Assembly (NCBI GenBank): GCA_031372565.1
Contig: JANMLN010000065.1
Location: 1-15,071 of the forward strand
Direction of reading: 5' to 3'
Length of the DNA: 15,071 nucleotides
Source: Gemmatimonadota bacterium
Lineage (GTDB): Bacteria > Gemmatimonadota > Gemmatimonadetes > Gemmatimonadales > Gemmatimonadaceae
In this document: positions 1 through 7,014 of the stretch, in pieces
Numbering within the stretch: the stretch's first letter is position 1
Layout: the number at the start of each line of letters is the position of its first letter
Translations under genes and position numbers: made by a program
The notes under the pieces: model-generated
Told to the model about the DNA's origin: nothing
Database searches by the model: none
What the model saw: the letters and a program-made list of their open reading frames with translations, nothing else

Positions 1-102
1 AACATCGAGAAGAAATGGCAGCACCGCCCGGCGAAGGAGTGGCGGGCCGCCCTCCCCCACCTGCGCATCCTCTTTGGCACGCGCTTGCCGGAGCTCGACT
101 AG
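1..102 (+). CDS. IS256-family (Mutator-type) transposase, C-terminal fragment (5' truncated by window edge)
   Basis: Frame +1 from base 1 reads NIEKKWQHRPAKEWRAALPHLRILFGTRLPELD* (TAG 100-102). This resembles the IS256 transposase C-terminal pattern (N-I-x-K-K-W...W-x-x-A-L...I-L-F-G-x-R-L) and is followed by an IS256-like terminal repeat. Not in the ORF track. Confidence 0.85.
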   Translation, partial: NIEKKWQHRPAKEWRAALPHLRILFGTRLPELD

Positions 103-140
103 TACGCACCCGGCGCATACACAGAATTACCGACAGGCCC
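1..140 (+). mobile_element. Right end of an IS256-family insertion sequence; IRR core about 118-140
   Basis: 118-140 TACACAGAATTACCGACAGGCCC, reverse complement GGGCCTGTCGGTAATTCTGTGTA, fits the typical IS256 end pattern G(G/A)GnnTGTCnnnAATTnTGTGTA. It lies just after the transposase stop. Confidence 0.82.
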
Positions 141-141
141 G

Positions 142-166
142 GCCCTTCGCTTCGCTCAGGGCGACA
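142..166 (-). repeat. Solo REP-like (YGTC-tagged) palindrome arm
   Basis: Minus strand TGTC-GCCCT-GAGCGAAGCGA-AGGGC has the same 11-nt core as both arms at 6919-7001. It starts immediately after the dprA stop codon. Confidence 0.85.
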
Positions 167-1210
167 TCAGCGCCGCACGATCTCTCCGGTCAACGCGCAC
201 TCCACCAACCCCGCCAACTCCAGCTCCGTGATCACCGCCAGGCAGGTGCGCGCCGGCAGCCGACTCACCGCTGCCAGCGCATCGGCCGTCAACGGCCCCG
301 CCGCCAGCGCCTCCCACACCGCCTTCGCCCCTCCCTGTAGCGCCGCGCCGCGCGCCGGACTCGCCACCACGGTCAGCCCCGCCGCATGCAGCACATCGGC
401 AATCTCGGTCACGATGTACGCACCATCGCGAATCAACAGGTTGCACCCCACACTCTGCGGTGCATCGACCGGGCCCGGCACCGCCATGACCTCGCGCCCG
501 ATCTCGGTGGCTCGACTTGCCGTGATCAGTGCGCCACTCGCGCGCCCCGCCTCGACCACGATCGTCACGCGCCCCAACGCGGCAATGAGCCGATTCCGCT
601 CGGGGAACGCCCCCGGGGTCGCGTGCGCCCCCAGCGGGCACTCGCTCATGACCAACCCGTACTTGGCCACTTCATCGAGCAGCGCGCGATGCCCCGCCGG
701 GTAGGGCACGTCGACTCCCGTGCCGAGCACCGCGATCGTGGCCCCGCCCGCCTCGAGCGCGGCGCGATGTGCGACCGCGTCGATCCCCCGCGCGAGGCCA
801 CTCACCACGACGCCACCGGCCCGCGTCACCACGCGCGCAATCTCCCGCGCCACACGCGTGCCGTACGGCGACGCCTGCCGCGTCCCGACGATCGCGACCC
901 CCACCGGCTCCAGATGTCGCAACTCCCCTCGCGTCATCACCCACAGCGGCGGGTGCTCCAACGCCAGCAGCGCCTCGGGGTAGTCGGCTTCTCCGCGCAC
1001 CAGCAGTCTGGCACCGGCGTCCTCCGCGCGTTCGTCCATGCGCAGCGCCCGTTCGCGCAACTCCTCGGCATCTGGACGCGCATCAATCGCTTGCAGCGCG
1101 GACCCAAATCTTGCAATCAACTCCCGATGCTTCGCGCTCCCGACCCCATGGGCCAGAGCGAGGGCGAGCGCCGCGTGGCGCTCCGTCGCGTCAGGGCGCG
1201 GTGTCGACAT
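167..1210 (-). CDS. dprA: DNA-processing protein DprA (Smf)
   Basis: 347 aa with the motifs VAIVGTR, VVSGLARGIDAVAH, TIAVLGTG, FPERNRLIAAL, VVEAGRASGALITA and AVPGPV...GCNLLIRDGA, plus a C-terminal winged-helix segment (LELAGLV). Overlaps the obgE end by 20 bp. Confidence 0.96.
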   Translation of the reverse strand: MSTPRPDATERHAALALALAHGVGSAKHRELIARFGSALQAIDARPDAEELRERALRMDERAEDAGARLLVRGEADYPEALLALEHPPLWVMTRGELRHLEPVGVAIVGTRQASPYGTRVAREIARVVTRAGGVVVSGLARGIDAVAHRAALEAGGATIAVLGTGVDVPYPAGHRALLDEVAKYGLVMSECPLGAHATPGAFPERNRLIAALGRVTIVVEAGRASGALITASRATEIGREVMAVPGPVDAPQSVGCNLLIRDGAYIVTEIADVLHAAGLTVVASPARGAALQGGAKAVWEALAAGPLTADALAAVSRLPARTCLAVITELELAGLVECALTGEIVRR

Positions 1211-2216
1211 CTCCGGCCGCGCTCGTCGCGGCCTGCTTCTTCATGCCGAGGAGCTGCTTCCACCACGCGTCCTTGAGTTCGTCCAAACCGGAGCGTGCGG
1301 GGGCCGAAATGGCGAACATGCCGAACGCCCCCGGCGCCTCGATGGGCGGGATGTACGACTCGCCCATCAAGTCCATCTTCGAGAAGACCACGCAATGCGG
1401 CTTCTCGGCGAGCTCAGCCGAATACTCACGGATTTCGGTGCGCAACTGGTCGTACTCGCGCTGCCAGTCCATGGCGTCGATCGGGATCAGGAAGGCGAGC
1501 ACGCGGGTGCGCTCGATATGCCGCAGAAACTGGAGGCCGAGCCCCTTCCCCTCGTGCGCCCCTTCGATGATACCGGGGATGTCTGCGACCACGAACGTGC
1601 GCTGCCCCGAGAGGGCCACGACGCCGAGGTTTGGCTGCAACGTGGTGAACGGGTAGTCGGCAATCTTCGGGCGCGCCGCGCTGATGACCGAGAGCAGCGT
1701 GGACTTGCCCGCGTTCGGCTGGCCCACGAGCCCGATATCGGCAATCAGCTTGAGTTCGAGTTCGACGTTGCGCTCTTCGCCCGGCTCGCCGGGTTGCCAC
1801 TCGCGAGGAGACTGGTGCGTGGCGGTGCGGAAGAAGTTGTTCCCCTTGCCGCCGCGCCCGCCCTTGGCAATCACGTGCTTGTCGCCGGTGGCGAGCACCT
1901 CGAACAGCATCTCCCCGGTGTCGGAGTCCTTGATGATGGTGCCGAGCGGCACTGGCATGAGGACATCCTCCCCCGACTTTCCGGACTTGTTGTTGCCGCT
2001 GCCCTTCTCGCCGTGTTCCGCGGTCCACTGATCGCGATAGGTGTAGTCCAGCAGGGTCGCGAGGTTATCGTCGCCCAGCACGATCACGTCGCCGCCTCGG
2101 CCGCCGTCGCCGCCGTCGGGACCGCCCATCGGCACGCGGTACTCGCGCCGGAACGACATGCAGCCCGACCCGCCGGTTCCTGCCGCCACTTTGACTACGA
2201 CCCGATCAATGAACAC
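1191..2216 (-). CDS. obgE: GTPase ObgE/CgtA
   Basis: MFIDRV start, glycine-rich Obg fold (GGPDGGDGGRGG), G1 GQPNAGKS, G2 YPFTT, G3 DIPG and G4 SKMD. SD-like AGGAGA upstream. Confidence 0.98.
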   Translation of the reverse strand: MFIDRVVVKVAAGTGGSGCMSFRREYRVPMGGPDGGDGGRGGDVIVLGDDNLATLLDYTYRDQWTAEHGEKGSGNNKSGKSGEDVLMPVPLGTIIKDSDTGEMLFEVLATGDKHVIAKGGRGGKGNNFFRTATHQSPREWQPGEPGEERNVELELKLIADIGLVGQPNAGKSTLLSVISAARPKIADYPFTTLQPNLGVVALSGQRTFVVADIPGIIEGAHEGKGLGLQFLRHIERTRVLAFLIPIDAMDWQREYDQLRTEIREYSAELAEKPHCVVFSKMDLMGESYIPPIEAPGAFGMFAISAPARSGLDELKDAWWKQLLGMKKQAATSAAGDVDTAP

Positions 2217-2228
2217 GTCCGTCTCCTG

Positions 2229-2891
2229 TTATTGCGCCGTTTCCGGCACGGCCATGGCGCGCACGCGCGCCCACAGCATGGTATAGCGCTGCACGTCGTC
2301 CGCCGAAAGGAAGTCGGCGATCACGTGCAGCGTGCCTTCGACGTCAGCTGGCGCCGCCCCCGCATGCAACGCGCCATGCAGGTGCGAGTGAAGCTGCCGA
2401 TCCTGCCGCTGCGCCGCGCACGAGGCGACGACACAGAGTTCCCGCCGAGCGAGGTCGAGTCCGGGGCGACTGAGCACCTTGCCGTACCCCTCCACGATCA
2501 TCCAACTGTCGAGCGCCGGATGCAGCGCCCGAATGTTCTGCCGCAACTTGGCATAAAACGGCCCGTACACCACCTCGCAGGTCGCTTCGCCCCTATCCCG
2601 CCACTGGTCTGGCGAGGCGTGCGCCGGATCGGGGTCGGTCGTGGGAGCCGAGCGTCCGGAGATGCGCCGCCACTCGCGCGCGGCGTTGAGGCCGCGCGGG
2701 AAACCGGCAAACAGGTACGACTGCAGGATGACTTCCTCGACCCACAACGGACTGACCGCTGCGGCATGCGTGGCCGCGAGTTCGATCCGAAGCTGGGCTT
2801 CGGATCCTCCGCACGAGGCCGCCGCCAGCCGCACCAGGTGGGTGGTGGCGTCATCGAGAAGGAGCTTAGCGGTTAGCGGTCGCGCCGGCAT
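2229..2891 (-). CDS. Carboxymuconolactone decarboxylase (CMD/AhpD-like) family protein
   Basis: Likely start is ATG 2891 (MPARPL...) after AAGGAAACGGTG; an alternative ATG is at 2927. C-terminal half has a CMD-like pattern: YGKVLSRPGLDLARRELCVVA...QLHSHLHGALHAGA. The ORF-track extension to 3305 overlaps the asparaginase gene. Confidence 0.8.
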   Translation of the reverse strand: MPARPLTAKLLLDDATTHLVRLAAASCGGSEAQLRIELAATHAAAVSPLWVEEVILQSYLFAGFPRGLNAAREWRRISGRSAPTTDPDPAHASPDQWRDRGEATCEVVYGPFYAKLRQNIRALHPALDSWMIVEGYGKVLSRPGLDLARRELCVVASCAAQRQDRQLHSHLHGALHAGAAPADVEGTLHVIADFLSADDVQRYTMLWARVRAMAVPETAQ

Positions 2892-2928
2892 CACCGTTTC
2901 CTTGCGGTCCCTAGCAGAAGGTTGCATC

Positions 2929-3918
2929 TCAGTGTTCCGGCGCGATGTCGCCCACGGACTCGCCGCGGGTGTTGCGCACAGGGCGCACCAGGAAATCGGC
3001 CAGACGCGGCGGCAGCACGGCCGGGAGCGCACCCAGCTGCTGCAAGGCCCGCAGCACGGCCACATGCTGCGCGCGCAGTGCCCCGTCCTCGACCTTGATG
3101 GCGAGCCCCATGCCGTGATCGAGCAGTGCGACCGTGTGCACCCCCTCCGCCCCCACCTTGGCAAAGATGCGGCCACCCGTCTCTTCGAGCAGCACCGTAT
3201 CGAACCGGTCGGTACCGCCAAACAGCATCGGGTGCGCCTGGATGGCCCGCATGATCCGCGTCGGCAGCTCGTGCCCGCGCGCGACCGCGTCGCCCCATCG
3301 CGCATACGCCATGGCCATGTGGGTCAGCGAGAGCCCGAACACGGGCACCCCGCAGCCGTCGATTCCCATGGCGAACTGGTCCACCGGCACCCCCGTCCAG
3401 ATCGACACCGCGCGCGCGCAGGCCAGCTGCACCGGATGATCCGGCTGTTCGTACCCCTGCGTCGGCGCGCCGTGCATGCGCGCGGCCGCGAGCATGGCCG
3501 CGTGCTTGCCCGAGCAGTTGTTGTGGAGCCGCGTGATGCGCTCGCCCGTCTCGCGTACGATGCGCGCCCCACGCACCGAGAGCGGCTCGTGCGGCCCGCA
3601 GGCGAGGTCGCCCTCTTCGAGCCCCAGCGCTTCGAGCATCGCGCCGGCGATGGCCACATGCTCGGGCTCGCCGCCGTGCGACGCGCACGCGAGCGCGAGT
3701 TCCGGCTCCCCCCACGGCAGCCCGTCGAAGCCGCCGCCTTCGAGCAGCGGCATGAGTTGGAACGGCTTCGCGCACGACCGCCAGAAGGTCACGAATCCCG
3801 GATCGCGCACCTGTTCGATCACTCTGCCATCCGCGGTCACGGCCACACCGTGCACGCGATGGCGTGACTCGACCACGCCACCGCGGGTGGCGACCACATC
3901 CAGCTGCAGCGCGCTCAT
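2929..3918 (-). CDS. L-asparaginase II family (Rhizobium etli-type, class 3) protein
   Basis: Start MSALQLDVV at 3918 in an ATGA overlap with the asnB stop. Motifs RGGVVESRH, RSCAKPFQ, CASHGGE, NNCSGKH, DGCG and AKVGAEG match class 3 asparaginase Ser-Lys and Zn-binding motifs. 329 aa. Confidence 0.92.
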   Translation of the reverse strand: MSALQLDVVATRGGVVESRHRVHGVAVTADGRVIEQVRDPGFVTFWRSCAKPFQLMPLLEGGGFDGLPWGEPELALACASHGGEPEHVAIAGAMLEALGLEEGDLACGPHEPLSVRGARIVRETGERITRLHNNCSGKHAAMLAAARMHGAPTQGYEQPDHPVQLACARAVSIWTGVPVDQFAMGIDGCGVPVFGLSLTHMAMAYARWGDAVARGHELPTRIMRAIQAHPMLFGGTDRFDTVLLEETGGRIFAKVGAEGVHTVALLDHGMGLAIKVEDGALRAQHVAVLRALQQLGALPAVLPPRLADFLVRPVRNTRGESVGDIAPEH

Positions 3919-5882
3919 GCCTCGGCCTCGTGCGCGAGCCACGCCTGCAGCATCAGCGCATGCCAGAGCCAGTACTGCCGGTTCTCGCGGCCCTCGATGT
4001 GCGCGCTCCAGACCGCCCGCGTCCGCGCGACATCGAGCACGCCCCCCGCCTGCAGCGCCCGTTCCGACAGCAGTGCTTCGGCCCACGGCCGCAACGGTCC
4101 GCGCAGCCATTGGTCGAGCGGCACGGAGAAGCCCATCTTCTGCCGCTCCACGAGCGCGCGCGGCACGTAGCGGTCGAGCACGCGGCGCAGCACGCGCTTC
4201 CCTTCGCCATCGCCCAGCTTGTACGCGAGCGGCAACTGCCACGCGAGAGCAATCACGCGATGGTCGAGCATCGGCACCCGCACTTCGAGCCCGACCGCCA
4301 TCGATGCGCGATCGACCTTGGCCAGGATGTCGTCCGACAGATAGGTGACCAGATCGAGGAACATCATCCGCTCCGCCACGCTCGACAGCACCGGCCACCG
4401 CTCCGGCGAGTTGAGCCAGGTCGCCGGCTCGGCTGCCCCCACGAGCGATGCCGGGTCCGTCTCCTGCGACACCAGCCCCACGTAGAACGCCTCCCACGAC
4501 TCGGCCGCGAGCACATCGGCCACGCGGTGCAGGAACCGTCCGCCATCGTGCCGCTTGAGCACCGACGGGAGTACGGGCGCGAGCGTGCCGAGCACGGAGT
4601 CCCAGGTCGATTCACTGACGCCATGCATGATCCCCGCCAGCGCTGAGCGCGCCGCTGCCGGAAGACGGCTCACGCGCGGCCACACCTCCTCGGCGTTCCG
4701 GTGGCGAGCGTAGCCGGCAAAGAGTTCGTCCCCACCATCGCCCGACAGCGCGACCGTCACATGCGCGCGCGCCAGTGACGATACGAGGAAGGTCGGGATC
4801 TGCGACGCGTCGGCGAAGGGCTCGTCGTACATCGTGGGGAGGAGCGGGATGACGTTGCGCGCGTCCTCGGGTTTCACGTAGAGCGCCGTGTGATCGGTGC
4901 CGAGCTGCATGGCCACCGCCTTGGCCGCGACCGCTTCGTCGTAGTCGGCGTCGTGGAAGCCGATCGTGAAGGTGCGCACCGGGCGCGCACTCTGCGCCTG
5001 CATCATCGCCACCACGGTGGTCGAATCGATGCCGCCCGAGAGAAAGGCGCCCAACGGGACATCGCTCACCATCCGGCGTGCCACGGCATCGCGCAGGAGC
5101 GCATCGAGCGCGTCGGTGGCCGCTGCTTCGCTCCCGATAAAGGGGTGCGCTCGCGCATCGGCAACCACGGCCGCAGGGTCCCAAAAGGGCTCCGGCTCTG
5201 GCATGGTCTGCTGCGCCGCTGCATCAGCGGTGAGTGCGAGCAGCGCTCCAGCGGGCAGTTTGCGGATCCCGGCATATGCCGACCACGGGGTCGGGATGTA
5301 GCCGAGCCGCATGAAGAGGGCGAAGGCGCCGTGGTCGTGCGAGGGGGCCCAGCGCGGGTGCGCGCCGAACGCCTTGAGTTCGGAGCCGAAGAAGAAGACG
5401 CTGCCATTCCAACCGTAGTAGAGCGGCTTCTCCCCGGCGCGGTCGCGTGCGAGATGGAGCGTGCGCGACTCGGTGTCCCAGGCGGCAAAGGCGAACATGC
5501 CATTGGCGCGCTCGACTGCGCCGCGCACGCCAAACGCCTCGATCGCCTCGATCAGAAGCTCGGTGTCCGAGTGGCCACGCCACCGCCGTGCACGCAGTGC
5601 CTCGAGTTCCGTTCGCAGCGCCGGTGCGTTGTACAGCTCGCCGTTGTACGCAATCACCCATCGGCCGCTGGCCGACGACATCGGCTGATGGCCGTGGGCC
5701 GAGAGGTCGATGATGGCAAGCCGGCGATGCCCGAGGGCAAGCCCGGCCGCCGGATCTGTCCACGTGCCGGCGTCGTCCGGTCCCCGATGTCGCAGTCGCG
5801 TGGCCATCGCTCCCGCCAGTGTGGCGAGTTCGTTGGCGGTGCGCGCTGGATGCGGTTCAAGGAACCCGCAGAAACCACACAT
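3915..5882 (-). CDS. asnB: Asparagine synthase (glutamine-hydrolysing) / AsnB-family amidotransferase
   Basis: N-terminal nucleophile MCG, then HRGPD, GHRRLAIIDLS, GHQPM, NGELYN, SDTE, PP-loop SGGIDS, SGDGGDELFAGY, KVDRASMA and KMGFSVP. 655 aa. Confidence 0.96.
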   Translation of the reverse strand: MCGFCGFLEPHPARTANELATLAGAMATRLRHRGPDDAGTWTDPAAGLALGHRRLAIIDLSAHGHQPMSSASGRWVIAYNGELYNAPALRTELEALRARRWRGHSDTELLIEAIEAFGVRGAVERANGMFAFAAWDTESRTLHLARDRAGEKPLYYGWNGSVFFFGSELKAFGAHPRWAPSHDHGAFALFMRLGYIPTPWSAYAGIRKLPAGALLALTADAAAQQTMPEPEPFWDPAAVVADARAHPFIGSEAAATDALDALLRDAVARRMVSDVPLGAFLSGGIDSTTVVAMMQAQSARPVRTFTIGFHDADYDEAVAAKAVAMQLGTDHTALYVKPEDARNVIPLLPTMYDEPFADASQIPTFLVSSLARAHVTVALSGDGGDELFAGYARHRNAEEVWPRVSRLPAAARSALAGIMHGVSESTWDSVLGTLAPVLPSVLKRHDGGRFLHRVADVLAAESWEAFYVGLVSQETDPASLVGAAEPATWLNSPERWPVLSSVAERMMFLDLVTYLSDDILAKVDRASMAVGLEVRVPMLDHRVIALAWQLPLAYKLGDGEGKRVLRRVLDRYVPRALVERQKMGFSVPLDQWLRGPLRPWAEALLSERALQAGGVLDVARTRAVWSAHIEGRENRQYWLWHALMLQAWLAHEAEA

Positions 5883-5939
5883 CGGGACGGGAAGACGGGA
5901 AGTCGCGCGGCAAGAACGGCGCGTGCAGGCGATGTGGGG

Positions 5940-5945
5940 AAGCTA
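5940..5945 (-). promoter_or_regulatory. Possible -10 element (TAGCTT) upstream of asnB
   Basis: TAnnnT hexamer in the 130-bp DMT-asnB gap, about 57 nt upstream of the ATG. No convincing -35 seen. Confidence 0.3.
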
Positions 5946-6012
5946 ATGGCTGCAGGTGGCCGTTCGGCTCAGGCGCACCGCCCTGTGTCCGCGTCCCGCT
6001 GCATGGCGTCCC

Positions 6013-6909
6013 TCACGCGCGCCGCGTCGTGAGCAGGATCCCGGCGAGCACCACGCCGCCTCCCAGCAGCGTGAGCGGGCTCGGCACCTCGTGAATCCAG
6101 GGCAGCACCATGGCGAGCAGCGTGGCGCCGATCGGCTCGCCGAGCACCGTGAGGTTGACCACGTAGGCCGGCAGGTGCTTGAGCGCCCAGTTCATCCCCG
6201 TGTGACCGAGCAACATGGGGCCGGCTGCGAGCGCAGCGAAGATGGCGAGTTCGCGCAGCGGTTGTGGAGTGAGCGGCACCTGCGCGCCAACGGAAAAGGC
6301 GAGCAGCGTGAGCAGACATGCCCCGTACACGAGCCCCACGTATGGCCACAGATCAAGCTGCTGTCGCAGCCGTCGACCGGCCAGGTAGTAGAGCGCGGCG
6401 GTGATCCCGCCCAGGAGCGCCATGCCGTCGCCGAGCAGGGCGCGGGAGTCGAGGCTGAAGCCGCCGGCTGCGCCGCCGACATCGGCGAGCCCGACCATGA
6501 GGGCACCGGTGAGGGCAATGCCGACCCCCGTCCACTGCCGAGCGGTGAGCGTCTCGTCGAGCCAGGGCCCGGAGAGCGCGGCCACGAGCACGGGCTGGAT
6601 GTTGACCAGCACGACGCTGGCGGCCACGCTGGTGAAGCGGAGGCTCGCGTTCCACGACCAGAAGTGGATGGCGAGGGCGACGCCGGCAGCGACCGCGATC
6701 GTGAGGTCCTTGGCCGACAGGCGGGCCCACTGGCGCCAGGTGCCAGTGATGACGAGCGCCGCGCCGATGATCAGCATAGAGAAGACGAGGCGCCAGGTGG
6801 CGATCGCCAGCGGGTCGGCGGTGGAGAGCCGGATGAGCGGTGAGGCGAGCGAGATGCCGATGACGGACACGGCGAGGACGAGCGGGGCACGGCGGTCGGC
6901 GGCATGCAT
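6013..6909 (-). CDS. DMT/EamA family transporter
   Basis: About 10 hydrophobic segments in two EamA repeats (AIATWRL, SLRFTSVAASVVLVNIQPV, GDGMALLG, GHTGMNWALKHL, LGEPIGATLLA). Start placed at ATG 6909 because the longer ORF start lies inside the palindromic repeat. Confidence 0.92.
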   Translation of the reverse strand: MHAADRRAPLVLAVSVIGISLASPLIRLSTADPLAIATWRLVFSMLIIGAALVITGTWRQWARLSAKDLTIAVAAGVALAIHFWSWNASLRFTSVAASVVLVNIQPVLVAALSGPWLDETLTARQWTGVGIALTGALMVGLADVGGAAGGFSLDSRALLGDGMALLGGITAALYYLAGRRLRQQLDLWPYVGLVYGACLLTLLAFSVGAQVPLTPQPLRELAIFAALAAGPMLLGHTGMNWALKHLPAYVVNLTVLGEPIGATLLAMVLPWIHEVPSPLTLLGGGVVLAGILLTTRRA

Positions 6910-6918
6910 GCCCCAATC

Positions 6919-7001
6919 TGTCGTCCTGAGCGAAGCGAAGGACCTGCTTTTGTTTCTTGCCACCCACAAAAAGCAGATCCTTCGCTTCGCTCAGGATGAC
7001 G
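6919..7001. repeat. REP/REPIN-like inverted doublet (YGTC-tagged palindrome family)
   Basis: Left arm GTCGTCCTGAGCGAAGCGAAGGACCTGCTTTTGT (6920-6953) and right arm ACAAAAAGCAGATCCTTCGCTTCGCTCAGGATGAC (6966-7000) form an inverted repeat of about 34 bp with 2 substitutions and 1 indel around a 12-nt spacer. Confidence 0.92.
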
Positions 7002-7014
7002 ATAAGTTCGACCA

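Noticed and set aside
1038..2876. 612-aa plus-strand ORF and the many other long antisense ORFs
   Set aside because: These are shadow ORFs opposite clear genes, caused by stop-codon scarcity at high GC. They have no recognisable motifs.
2929..4497. Long N-terminal extensions of the asparaginase ORF (to 4497) and the CMD ORF (to 3305)
   Set aside because: They overlap well-supported upstream genes in other frames. Family similarity starts only at 3918 and about 2891.
5958..5980. GGCCGTTCGGCTCAGGCGCAC as a fourth, degenerate REP arm
   Set aside because: It shares only GCTCAGG with the family. The 11-nt core, 5-bp stem and YGTC tag are not intact.
6910..6969. N-terminal extension of the DMT protein (MWVARNKSRSFASLRTT...)
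   Set aside because: It is simply a translation of the palindromic repeat. ATG 6909 gives a normal EamA length.
6919..7001. Palindrome as a Rho-independent terminator or CRISPR repeat
   Set aside because: It lies between divergent start codons, the T-run is inside the stem, and there is no repeat-spacer array or cas gene.
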